A DNA stretch of 28,398 nt from the IMG/VR virus record IMGVR_UViG_3300030207_002496, positions 1 to 28,398 of that record, one strand, 5' to 3'. The notes beneath the pieces were generated by a model, which saw only the letters and a program-made list of their open reading frames with translations, was not told the origin of the DNA and searched no databases. Positions 16,269 through 24,943 of this stretch are shown in pieces (the stretch's first letter is position 1; each line of letters begins with the position of its first letter). The position numbers and the translations under genes were made by a program. The DNA comes from a virus. Its lineage: Duplodnaviria; Caudoviricetes.

Positions 16269-16275
16269 CTAAATA
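16269..16275 (+). promoter_or_regulatory. T4-type late promoter variant (CTAAATA)
   Basis: CTAAATA directly after terminator T-run, 20 nt before ATG 16296; same layout as 2249. Confidence 0.5.
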
Positions 16276-16295
16276 TTTTTAACTGCTTGCTGTAA

Positions 16296-16718
16296 ATGTC
16301 AGACCAAATGAAAGAAGAAACCAAGAAAGGTCCTCTTGGAAAACTCAAAGATAAGATTGAGGATTCTGAGGAACAACTTGCTATTCTTTCTACCTTTGTT
16401 AGATTAGGAATTTTAGTATGGTCTGGTGGTATTTTGACTCTTGCATATATTAAATTACCACCTGCTCTGGGCATTCCAGAGCAGAAGCTGGATCCAACTT
16501 TTATCGCCAGTGTCTTTACCGGAGTTTTAGCTACATTTGGGGTTCAGACAGCAAAGAAAAATGGTGAAAAGGCAAATGGTGGTGGAGGTATCACTAAAGA
16601 ACAGATGGAGAGACTGATTGAAAAGGCAGCACAAACTGCCCCTACTCAAACCATCAGAATTGAGCAGGCACCAGTCAAAGTTGTAACAGATTCAGATCAA
16701 CCACCTTACAAAATGTAA
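16296..16718 (+). CDS. hypothetical two-TM membrane protein
   Basis: Two hydrophobic segments (FVRLGILVWSGGILTLAYI; FIASVFTGVLATFGV) and charged termini. Confidence 0.8.
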   Translation: MSDQMKEETKKGPLGKLKDKIEDSEEQLAILSTFVRLGILVWSGGILTLAYIKLPPALGIPEQKLDPTFIASVFTGVLATFGVQTAKKNGEKANGGGGITKEQMERLIEKAAQTAPTQTIRIEQAPVKVVTDSDQPPYKM

Positions 16719-16810
16719 GGTTAGCAGGTCATAACATAATTAATTTTTGTATGTATATTATACCTACATATCTTTAGATGGTGTAGAATTAAAGTAAGTG
16801 TCAGAGTATA

Positions 16811-17050
16811 ATGTCTCATAGATTTGAGGAGATAAAACCAGTGCATCATCCAACTAAGGATGAAGTGCAGGAGATGATTGATGCTGCTATAAAACAGCAC
16901 AATCACACTGCTTCAATTATCAGTGCAATCTTGGGTACTATTGTCCTTGCTTTATTCCTTGATGGTCTATTAAGACTTCTTGGTATTGTTCCACCATTTA
17001 TGGGCATTGATATTAGTATTATCAAAGGAATAGTGGAGAAGATTAAATGA
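16811..17050 (+). CDS. hypothetical membrane protein
   Basis: 79 aa, hydrophobic C-terminal half, ATGA-coupled to gnd. Confidence 0.75.
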   Translation: MSHRFEEIKPVHHPTKDEVQEMIDAAIKQHNHTASIISAILGTIVLALFLDGLLRLLGIVPPFMGIDISIIKGIVEKIK

Positions 17051-18066
17051 AGGTTGGAATTATAGGACTTGGCAGAATGGGTCTAGGCATGTCTCGTCGT
17101 ATGATGAGGGATGGTATTGAAGTCTGGGGTTACAGAAGAAATTATGAGAAAGCCCAAGAAGCATATGAAAATGGTTATGTAGATGGTGTAACAATAGACA
17201 TTAAGACTCTTGTACAAACTGTCAGGATTCATGGTCCTGGTATCTTCATGATGGTTGTACCAGCAGAAACAGTGGAGGATACTCTCAATGAGCTTTTACT
17301 TGATTGTTGTGAGGGTGATATTATTATTGATCATGGCAATAGCAACTTTAAAGATTCTCGCAGGAGAGCAGAAAGGTTGGAAAAATTGGGCATCCAATAC
17401 ATTGACTGCGGTACTAGTGGTGGTGTTTATGGTCTTGAGCGTGGATATTGTCTTATGGTTGGGGGTTCAAATACTGCAGTATCCATTGCAAGTCCAATCT
17501 TTAGAGCACTCGCACCAGGTATTGCCTCTGCTCCCCGCACAGACCCTCACACAAGAGCCACTAGTGCTGAGTATGGTTGGTTGCATTGTGGACCACCAGG
17601 TGCAGGTCACTTTGTAAAGATGGTTCATAATGGTGTAGAGTATGGAATCATGCAAGCATATGCAGAAGGATTTAATATCCTACATGAAGCTGATGCTGGG
17701 TCAGCTTACATCAAAGAGGGTGATGCTGAAGTTGCTCCTATGGAGAATCCAGCAGATTATCAATATGATGTTGATGTTGCTGAGGTGGCTGAGTTATGGC
17801 GTCGTGGCAGTGTGGTTGGTTCTTGGTTGCTTGACCTTACCGCTAATGTATTACGCGGCGATAGAGAGCTTAGCAAGTACGGTGGGAGAGTATCAGACAG
17901 TGGTGAGGGTCGTTGGACTGTCAACGCTGCTGTGGATCTTGGTGTACCCGCTCCTGTTATTACTACAGCACTCTTTGAAAGATTCAACTCAAGAAGACTT
18001 GGAGAGTTTGGAAACAGAATCCTCAATGGAATGAGATACATGTTTGGAGGGCATCATGTTCGCTAA
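17047..18066 (+). CDS. gnd: 6-phosphogluconate dehydrogenase (short form)
   Basis: GLGRMG, IDHGNS, DCGTSGG, GHFVKMVHNGVEYG, DSGEGRWT, FGGH. Confidence 0.97.
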   Translation: MKVGIIGLGRMGLGMSRRMMRDGIEVWGYRRNYEKAQEAYENGYVDGVTIDIKTLVQTVRIHGPGIFMMVVPAETVEDTLNELLLDCCEGDIIIDHGNSNFKDSRRRAERLEKLGIQYIDCGTSGGVYGLERGYCLMVGGSNTAVSIASPIFRALAPGIASAPRTDPHTRATSAEYGWLHCGPPGAGHFVKMVHNGVEYGIMQAYAEGFNILHEADAGSAYIKEGDAEVAPMENPADYQYDVDVAEVAELWRRGSVVGSWLLDLTANVLRGDRELSKYGGRVSDSGEGRWTVNAAVDLGVPAPVITTALFERFNSRRLGEFGNRILNGMRYMFGGHHVR

Positions 18067-18184
18067 TGTTTTATTCTGGATCTCAATACCCTTTGTACTA
18101 TCCACAATATATTTCGGGTTACGAAAGGGTGAGAATGTCTATTACGAATCAGATAAGTATAATGGAAATGGAACAGCCCACTAA
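18056..18184 (+). CDS. ndhP: NDH-1 complex small subunit NdhP homolog, 42 aa (not in ORF track)
   Basis: MFANVLFWISIPFVLSTIYFGLRKGENVYYESDKYNGNGTAH; single TM ending FG and C-terminal Y-x-S/T-D-x-Y-x-GNG-S/T-AH signature. Confidence 0.8.
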   Translation: MFANVLFWISIPFVLSTIYFGLRKGENVYYESDKYNGNGTAH

Positions 18185-19502
18185 AACCCTGGTCATCTTT
18201 GGGGCAACTGGTGACCTGTGTAGAAGAAAACTTATTCCTGCCCTTAACAATCTTTATAAGAAAAATCTGCTGCCTGAAAGTTATAAGATTATTGGTGCAG
18301 CACGCAGAGAACACACAAGACAATCATGGTTAGAAAGTCTTGATGCTTATTATGAAGCAGGTCTATCACTCAAGATGGACTATCATCAATGTGATCTAGC
18401 AAATGTTGATTCTCTTAGATCAATACCTGTAACAGATGATATGACATTCTTTCTGTCTGTTCCTCCAGACAGATATGTAGATGCCATTGTAAACCTTAAA
18501 GCAGCAGGACTTTTAAATGATCCAGAAAGGACCAGGGTGGTTATTGAAAAACCTTTTGGGGCAGATATTCAATCTGCTAATCATTTACAGTCAGTGGTGG
18601 CTGGATGTTTACGCGAGAAACAAGTATATCGCATTGATCATTATCTTGGCAAAGATAGTGTTAATAATATACTTGCTACTAGGTTTAGTAATACTCTTCT
18701 GGAACCCCTTTGGAATAGGAATTTTATAGAAGAAGTTCAAATCTTTGCAACTGAAACCATTGGTTGTGAGGGAAGGTCTCAATATTATGATACTGCTGGT
18801 GCTGTAAGAGACATGCTACAGAATCATATGCTTCAGATTCTGTCATTGATTGCTATGGAAGCACCTTGTAGAAATGATGCTACAGAGATAAGAAGAGAAA
18901 AGGTTAAAGTTCTTGCTGCCACTTCACTAGGGGAGGACCTCATCTGTGGACAATATGAAAATTATCGTAGTGAAGAGGGTGTTGATCCTCTCAGTAGTAC
19001 TCCTACCTATGTCGCTGGTTCTTTTCATGTCAATAACTGGCGTTGGAAGGGAGTACCTTTTTACTTTATGACAGGTAAGAAGATGCCTTATGCTTGCACT
19101 GAGATAGTCATCAAACTGAAGGAACCACCATTGAATCTATTCACTGGTCATGAATTTAATGACAGAATTGTGATTAGACTTCAACCAAATCCACACCTTG
19201 ATATTAGAATTGATATGAAGGCACCTGGACTTGATGATGCTGTGGAAACAGCAACATTAACACATCCATATCCACCTGGTGCTGTAGATGGTTATGAAAA
19301 ACTTTTCTTTGATGCCATGAATGGTGATCAATCACACTTCGTTCATGCTGAAGAAGTGTTAGAATCTTGGAGGATTGTTGATGATTTGTTATGTGTTGGT
19401 GAACATTGCTCCATCCGCACTACTCCCTATGTCTATATGCCTGGATCATGGGGACCACATCATAAAACAGAAAGAATCACTCACTGGGATTATCCTGCAT
19501 GA
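18162..19502 (+). CDS. zwf: glucose-6-phosphate 1-dehydrogenase
   Basis: IFGATGDL, EKPFG, RIDHYLGK, RDMLQNH, RWKGVPF; start re-called at ATG 18162 (or 18168). Confidence 0.96.
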   Translation: MEMEQPTKTLVIFGATGDLCRRKLIPALNNLYKKNLLPESYKIIGAARREHTRQSWLESLDAYYEAGLSLKMDYHQCDLANVDSLRSIPVTDDMTFFLSVPPDRYVDAIVNLKAAGLLNDPERTRVVIEKPFGADIQSANHLQSVVAGCLREKQVYRIDHYLGKDSVNNILATRFSNTLLEPLWNRNFIEEVQIFATETIGCEGRSQYYDTAGAVRDMLQNHMLQILSLIAMEAPCRNDATEIRREKVKVLAATSLGEDLICGQYENYRSEEGVDPLSSTPTYVAGSFHVNNWRWKGVPFYFMTGKKMPYACTEIVIKLKEPPLNLFTGHEFNDRIVIRLQPNPHLDIRIDMKAPGLDDAVETATLTHPYPPGAVDGYEKLFFDAMNGDQSHFVHAEEVLESWRIVDDLLCVGEHCSIRTTPYVYMPGSWGPHHKTERITHWDYPA

Positions 19503-19669
19503 ATCCAGACGAAAAGAGAGAGTTTCACAAATCTCTCAGAGAAAGAATCAAACAACTTAGAATGGATCATTTATTTGAGGAACCTTGTCCTCTATATGAA
19601 CCTGAATGGGAAGAAGATTATTTTTGGGATTGCAGACTAACCTATGACCATGAGGATGAAGATGCATAA
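19499..19669 (+). CDS. 56-aa protein with acidic two-Cys C-terminus (not in ORF track)
   Basis: MNPDEKREFHKSLRERIKQLRMDHLFEEPCPLYEPEWEEDYFWDCRLTYDHEDEDA; ATGA-coupled to zwf. Confidence 0.7.
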   Translation: MNPDEKREFHKSLRERIKQLRMDHLFEEPCPLYEPEWEEDYFWDCRLTYDHEDEDA

Positions 19670-19820
19670 AGTATCACACTTTGCAGCATATGTTCTCAAC
19701 AATCCAGTTTCACTTAGTTTCCTTTGTCTAGCATTAATATTTGTACCTGTCCTTGGTATGTGGGCAGTTCATAAATATAGCTGGGAGCACTGGGAACCAT
19801 TTGCTAAGAAACACAAATGA
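19662..19820 (+). CDS. small membrane protein, 52 aa (not in ORF track)
   Basis: MHKVSHFAAYVLNNPVSLSFLCLALIFVPVLGMWAVHKYSWEHWEPFAKKHK; paralog of 82..243. Confidence 0.75.
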   Translation: MHKVSHFAAYVLNNPVSLSFLCLALIFVPVLGMWAVHKYSWEHWEPFAKKHK

Positions 19821-20026
19821 AACCTATCATTTTAATAGCATGTTTTCTCCCTATTGGAATTATTTGGATTGTGATGAAATTAAGTCTTTGGATTTCAGCA
19901 ATCAATGATGAGCAAAGATATGTCAGATCAGAATCCAGAAAACCACACGGACCATATGTGGCAAATGCATATGAAGATGTTGACTCAGAGGAAGAAGAGT
20001 ATGGAGATCGCACAGACTATAGATGA
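19817..20026 (+). CDS. hypothetical membrane-anchored protein
   Basis: N-terminal TM, acidic tail, ATGA-coupled. Confidence 0.7.
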   Translation: MKPIILIACFLPIGIIWIVMKLSLWISAINDEQRYVRSESRKPHGPYVANAYEDVDSEEEEYGDRTDYR

Positions 20027-20150
20027 TGCTCTCCACCAATACTATGTGGTTGAACGTGGAGAGGATGTACCTAACTGGAGGTACATCAAGGATGCTCAGT
20101 GGTGGATTGATTATCTTAAATCATTAGGGATAGACCCTAGAAACCCATGA
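20001..20150 (+). CDS. hypothetical protein, 49 aa
   Basis: MEIAQTIDDALHQYYVVERGEDVPNWRYIKDAQWWIDYLKSLGIDPRNP; paralog of <1..85; start re-called at 20001. Confidence 0.7.
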   Translation: MEIAQTIDDALHQYYVVERGEDVPNWRYIKDAQWWIDYLKSLGIDPRNP

Positions 20151-20281
20151 GAACTACTATATATGAGTATCTACTAGCATTCTGTATAGGTTTTGCAACT
20201 TGTTTTGTTGTATCTGTAAGAGAGATAGATAAATTTAAAGGTTGTCCTACTCCAGAGTATTTCAGAAATGAAACACCTTGA
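20147..20281 (+). CDS. 44-aa TM microprotein (not in ORF track)
   Basis: MRTTIYEYLLAFCIGFATCFVVSVREIDKFKGCPTPEYFRNETP; ATGA-coupled. Confidence 0.6.
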   Translation: MRTTIYEYLLAFCIGFATCFVVSVREIDKFKGCPTPEYFRNETP

Positions 20282-20441
20282 ATTATTTGGCACTATACTA
20301 CTATTTGTTTTTGGTGTGACTATGATATATCAAGGTCATTTAATTTTTCACGGAAAGAAAGGATACAGGCATTGTGAAAGAGAGAAAAAGAAATCAGAAG
20401 ATACAAGAAGAGTTATAGAAAGTTTATTAAAAGATAAATGA
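20268..20441 (+). CDS. 57-aa membrane-anchored protein (not in ORF track)
   Basis: MKHLELFGTILLFVFGVTMIYQGHLIFHGKKGYRHCEREKKKSEDTRRVIESLLKDK; ATGA-coupled to next gene. Confidence 0.65.
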   Translation: MKHLELFGTILLFVFGVTMIYQGHLIFHGKKGYRHCEREKKKSEDTRRVIESLLKDK

Positions 20442-20641
20442 ATTTATTTTTAAGACCCCTTGAAGATGTAAATGATGTCACCTGGAGTATTGTATGGTGT
20501 CTTGTAATACTTCTTGCAGGTGTTACTTACTATATTGTCTATATATTGCGTATGGCTTTTGATGAGTTGAATCATGACCACAATCAATCAGAAGGACGCG
20601 GACCAAGATCAACTGATAGCACTGCTGACACACAGGATTGA
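20438..20641 (+). CDS. hypothetical single-TM protein
   Basis: TM WSIVWCLVILLAGVTYYIVYIL; coupled start. Confidence 0.65.
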   Translation: MNLFLRPLEDVNDVTWSIVWCLVILLAGVTYYIVYILRMAFDELNHDHNQSEGRGPRSTDSTADTQD

Positions 20642-20837
20642 AGATGCTGAAAAAATGGCAGAAGAACTTCGTAATCGTGTTCGTAAACTAGAAAGATGGG
20701 TTTGGGGTGCAGGTGCTGTTATTACTGCTGCCATTACATTAGTAGGTTTTATTGCTGCAGTAGATGCAAAGGAGGTAGAGAATGGGAGCTATGGTCCCAC
20801 CCAGCAGGAAGAGTTGTTACAATTTCAGAGTAATTAA
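20574..20837 (+). CDS. hypothetical coiled-coil plus TM protein
   Basis: Heptads followed by RVRKLERWVWGAGAVITAAITLVGFI. Confidence 0.65.
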   Translation: MTTINQKDADQDQLIALLTHRIEDAEKMAEELRNRVRKLERWVWGAGAVITAAITLVGFIAAVDAKEVENGSYGPTQQEELLQFQSN

Positions 20838-21240
20838 AATCAACAGAGTAGTTGATGGAGATACAATTGATGTAACAATTGATCTGGGTTTTGATTTATT
20901 TAAAAAAGAAAGAGTCAGAGTTGCTGGTGTTGACACACCTGAGAAACGCACAAGAAATCTTGAAGAAAAGGAGTTAGGAATTGACGCTACAAATTGGATT
21001 AAAAAACATCTTGAGGAAGCAATTAGTGGGAAGGAAGATCTTGTTATCAGAACTGAGCTTGTTGGTGGGATGGGCAAATATGGTAGACTCCTTGGGTGGT
21101 TATACATCGCAGATTCCGAGTTATCGCTCAATGAAATGATGATTGAGGAAGGATATGCTTGGGCATATGATGGAGGAACCAAGCAAAAGAACTTTGAAGA
21201 ACTTAGAGAAATTAGAAGATCAAAAGGAACATTAGTATAG
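20782..21240 (+). CDS. thermonuclease (staphylococcal nuclease-like)
   Basis: RVVDGDTID, RVRVAGVDTPE, GKYGRLLG, LNEMMIEEGYA. Confidence 0.9.
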   Translation: MGAMVPPSRKSCYNFRVIKINRVVDGDTIDVTIDLGFDLFKKERVRVAGVDTPEKRTRNLEEKELGIDATNWIKKHLEEAISGKEDLVIRTELVGGMGKYGRLLGWLYIADSELSLNEMMIEEGYAWAYDGGTKQKNFEELREIRRSKGTLV

Positions 21241-21249
21241 GAGAACTAA

Positions 21250-21865
<616 letters not shown>

Positions 21866-21866
<1 letters not shown>

Positions 21867-22021
21867 TGCCTAACCCCAATGCTCTTTTTGAAGACATGAA
21901 GAAACTCAATGCTCTTTATGAAGAGCTTTGTTGGGATGTAGATGATGAACTTGTCTTCACTCATGATGGTGCAGAAGTAATCATCTACAATAAAACAAAA
22001 GAAAAACAAAAGAAAAAATAA
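21866..22021 (+). CDS. hypothetical protein, 51 aa (not in ORF track)
   Basis: MPNPNALFEDMKKLNALYEELCWDVDDELVFTHDGAEVIIYNKTKEKQKKK; TAATG-coupled to petF. Confidence 0.7.
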
Positions 22022-22056
22022 ACCCTGCTATATACATTAAAAGTAGCAATGAAACC

Positions 22057-22323
22057 ATGCAGAAAATTGTAAACGTAATTTCATTATTTTCTGGTCTTGT
22101 GTCTCTTACAATTGTAGGAGCAACTGGTTATGTTTACTTGAATAGGGACTCATTAATTGAGAAAGCAACAGCAAATATTACAGCTGCAGCAACTGGAGCA
22201 ATCACCAAGGCTTTACCATCTATTGTAGATGGTGCATTACCTGGGATGCCTGAAGTCACTGGTGGTGTTTCTGGTATTGTAGGTGGTGGTGTTACTGGTC
22301 CTGCTATTCCCTTAGGTTTATGA
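22057..22323 (+). CDS. hypothetical membrane-anchored protein
   Basis: N-terminal TM, Gly/Pro-rich tail. Confidence 0.75.
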   Translation: MQKIVNVISLFSGLVSLTIVGATGYVYLNRDSLIEKATANITAAATGAITKALPSIVDGALPGMPEVTGGVSGIVGGGVTGPAIPLGL

Positions 22324-22901
22324 ACAAAGTATTAAAGTATAGTCTTATAGGTGTACTTGGTATTTTTGGTGTAGCACACATTGGTTTATTGGGGTATGTT
22401 CTAAAAAAACCTGTAGATACAGTTGCCCCAGTGCCTACAATCAATATTCCAAAAGGTCCATATTCTTCTTACAAGATTAAAGCAGGTAAGGATGGATATG
22501 AAATTGAATATAAAGCAAATGATCCTGCTATTCTTGAGTCTCAGAAGTCACTGAGTCTTGACAAGGAAAGGAAAGGATTCTTTGGTCGTGGAGGTACTGA
22601 GATCAGAAGAGAGTGGCGTAAAGATCAATTCACTGCAGAAGGCACTAGAAATATTGGGAGTGTTGGAGGTGATGGCGAGGGAAAGTTGACTGCAAAAGAA
22701 GAAGAGTGTTTAGTGGCGGACGCTGGCGCAAGGTCACAAGGTGCAATGGCAGGAACTAGTCTTGCTGCTGGTTTAGCAGTTCCTGCAGCTGCAAGTATTC
22801 CTTATGTTGGATGGTTAGCAGGTGGTTGGGCTTTACTCTTAGGACAGAACATTGGAGAGGCATCAGGGTCCATTGTTAATTCTATGATCAGTGATTGTTA
22901 A
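22320..22901 (+). CDS. hypothetical membrane protein with glycine-zipper-like C-terminus
   Basis: N-terminal TM; C-terminal Gly/Ala-rich hydrophobic hairpin bracketed by two Cys. Confidence 0.8.
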   Translation: MNKVLKYSLIGVLGIFGVAHIGLLGYVLKKPVDTVAPVPTINIPKGPYSSYKIKAGKDGYEIEYKANDPAILESQKSLSLDKERKGFFGRGGTEIRREWRKDQFTAEGTRNIGSVGGDGEGKLTAKEEECLVADAGARSQGAMAGTSLAAGLAVPAAASIPYVGWLAGGWALLLGQNIGEASGSIVNSMISDC

Positions 22902-23698
22902 TGCCAATCCCTGATATTAGAATAAACAATCTTAAGATTGGTGATGTTGAAATACATGAAATGCCCAGGTGGTTAACAACAGATCCTCCTGTGGCACTGC
23001 CAATCTATCCACCAGTTACACAAGAATTAGGGACACCTATTGTAAACATCCCTGGTTGTGTTACTGCTCATAAAGATAGTAGTGAGAATACAAACTTAAA
23101 GGAAGAAGATGATAAAGGAGTAGTGACCTTATGTGATGCAGGAACACCTAGTTTCAATGCACTTGATTATGATGCCAATAGAATTAAATTAGAACAAGAA
23201 CCACCTCCACCTCCTGCATATAAACCACCACCAAAACCTGAACCACCACAAACAAAAACTCCAGAAGTTCCTAAGACACCAGAGATATCTATGCCTGAGT
23301 GTCCAACTAGAGAACAACAATTAAAAAACCCCATAGGAAAGATCCTAGAGGGTAATCAGAAGATTGTTAATTATGAAATGGTAGGTAAGGAATGTCTACC
23401 TGTTATGGAAAAGTTATCAATACCTGATCAAATTGTTCAGAACATACCATCAGCAGGTATGGTAACCACTACTGCATCTATCGCTGTTGTGGCAACGTCC
23501 TCGGCACTGCTTGCAAAACCTCTTGCTGATCTTTTGTTAAAAGTGGTGAAACCTGTGGTAAAGAAGGTGATGAAGAAGATTGCTGTCTTAAGGGGTAAGA
23601 AGATCCCGCCACAGTCCTCTGCTGAGAGGATTGCTGAGCAGAGGCAGAGGAATCAAGCTGTGAAGGCACTGCGCTCTGTTCGCCCATTGAAGAAATAG
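22901..23698 (+). CDS. hypothetical Pro-rich protein with C-terminal hydrophobic/basic region
   Basis: Two Cys pairs, PPPPPAYKPPPKPEPP linker; start re-called at ATG 22901 (TAATG overlap). Confidence 0.8.
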   Translation: MPIPDIRINNLKIGDVEIHEMPRWLTTDPPVALPIYPPVTQELGTPIVNIPGCVTAHKDSSENTNLKEEDDKGVVTLCDAGTPSFNALDYDANRIKLEQEPPPPPAYKPPPKPEPPQTKTPEVPKTPEISMPECPTREQQLKNPIGKILEGNQKIVNYEMVGKECLPVMEKLSIPDQIVQNIPSAGMVTTTASIAVVATSSALLAKPLADLLLKVVKPVVKKVMKKIAVLRGKKIPPQSSAERIAEQRQRNQAVKALRSVRPLKK

Positions 23699-24755
23699 AG
23701 GGAATAGAGTGTGTATGATTTTGAATCTGAGTTACATTCTGAACTACAACATCAGCACATATTTTTCTATAAGGACTCCTGGGGTGAAAACTAATTCCAG
23801 CTTTCATTAATTCACCACAATTTTTAAGTCTTGCGAGTTCAAAATCTAATCTTTTGTTAGCAAGTAGTTGACTTTGTAGTGCAATCTGTGTTTCTGCTGC
23901 TTGTTTACATCGTGCTTGCAATCCACCATCAAGTGGGAATGAAACCGTTGCAGAGAAACCAATACTGGTGCTGAGATTTCTTGTCATACCAGTTCTAACT
24001 GGTTTCTGCCAGAGTTGACTTCCTGGGTTATCAGGAACACCATCACCCTGCATCTCCATGATTGTGATGGTCATATCTTGACCATCTTCATATGCTCTTA
24101 CTGTTTCACCATCTGTATTAACATAAGTCCTATTGTCATACCAAGATTCCCAAGGCCAGTTCTTGACATTCTTTTGAACTTCTACCAATCTGCCTTCAAA
24201 ATCCCTAGCATCATATTGAGGTTCCATGTAATAGGTTTCAAAGGGATCCTTATCACTCCTTGCATGAGTAATAAATGGAGTGAAGTTAGCAGTAGGACCC
24301 TGACAACTAATCCCTCCTCCATAAGTATTAGTGATATATGGACCTTGCAAAACTTGGATGGCTTGGTTAGTCACTGAGCCTGAACTATTTGCAATAGGAT
24401 TTGCAGTTGCAGACACACCACCAACATCAGCAGCATTAACAGGTGAAGCAATAGCAAGTGCTGCTATTGCGTGAAGATACTTGTAGTATCTGTTACGCTT
24501 GTTACCTCTGTTGTTCTTTGAATCACAGTCTGATTTGTAATCCCTGGACCCTGATATGTGGTTGTGAACTGAAATGCTGCTCCAGGGTTTGTAATCGTGA
24601 AGTTTGAGTTGCTGAAGTCCAATCCAACTGCTGAACTTGTTACTTGACCCTCTATTCCACCCAAAGGAGTCACTGTCACATTGCTGGTTGTTGTTGGTGG
24701 CAGAAGTGCTGCCCCATTGTTGGAAACATTTGTTCCAGATACTGTGTATTGCCAT
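23478..24755 (-). CDS. hypothetical secreted protein; true start uncertain (signal-peptide-like segment begins ~24488)
   Basis: YYKYLHAIAALAIASPVNA-AD signal-like segment, then ANPIANSSGSVTNQAIQVLQG and Cys-containing C-terminal domain; first 89 codons overlap upstream gene out of frame. Confidence 0.7.
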   Translation of the reverse strand: MAIHSIWNKCFQQWGSTSATNNNQQCDSDSFGWNRGSSNKFSSWIGLQQLKLHDYKPWSSISVHNHISGSRDYKSDCDSKNNRGNKRNRYYKYLHAIAALAIASPVNAADVGGVSATANPIANSSGSVTNQAIQVLQGPYITNTYGGGISCQGPTANFTPFITHARSDKDPFETYYMEPQYDARDFEGRLVEVQKNVKNWPWESWYDNRTYVNTDGETVRAYEDGQDMTITIMEMQGDGVPDNPGSQLWQKPVRTGMTRNLSTSIGFSATVSFPLDGGLQARCKQAAETQIALQSQLLANKRLDFELARLKNCGELMKAGISFHPRSPYRKICADVVVQNVTQIQNHTHSIPSISSMGEQSAVPSQLDSSASAQQSSQQRTVAGSSYPLRQQSSSSPSLPQVSPLLTKDQQEVLQAVPRTLPQQR

Positions 24756-24943
24756 CCTGTTGCATAGTCTATGGAGTTAATCGTTTCAGTCTGTTTAGAT
24801 GTGGTTTCTGTGTGGCTGGTCATGGAGCCTTGAGTGAAGTTTGGTACAACAGGAACAGATTTTGCAGGTTGTACCAAACCATGAATGACTCCAAGAACCA
24901 ATCCCAAACAGATTGCTTCTTGAAATCTAGACATGTTAGTCAA
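24464..24943 (-). CDS. hypothetical secreted Thr/Ser-rich beta protein
   Basis: Signal-like N-terminus ending AKS-VP; Thr-rich alternating strands; 8-nt overlap with upstream gene. Confidence 0.8.
   Translation of the reverse strand: MTNMSRFQEAICLGLVLGVIHGLVQPAKSVPVVPNFTQGSMTSHTETTSKQTETINSIDYATGWQYTVSGTNVSNNGAALLPPTTTSNVTVTPLGGIEGQVTSSAVGLDFSNSNFTITNPGAAFQFTTTYQGPGITNQTVIQRTTEVTSVTDTTSIFTQ

Noticed and set aside
18066-18161. 32-aa N-terminal extension of Zwf from the ORF track
   Set aside because: This DNA encodes NdhP in another frame; Zwf homology starts at MEMEQPTKTLVIFGATGDL
2948-18729. Numerous short antisense or alternate-frame ORFs nested in enzyme genes (e.g. 2948..3349, 3771..4052, 12974..13279, 17255..17617, 17642..18034)
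   Set aside because: Fully shadowed by well-supported genes, no motifs or RBS; expected by-products of codon bias
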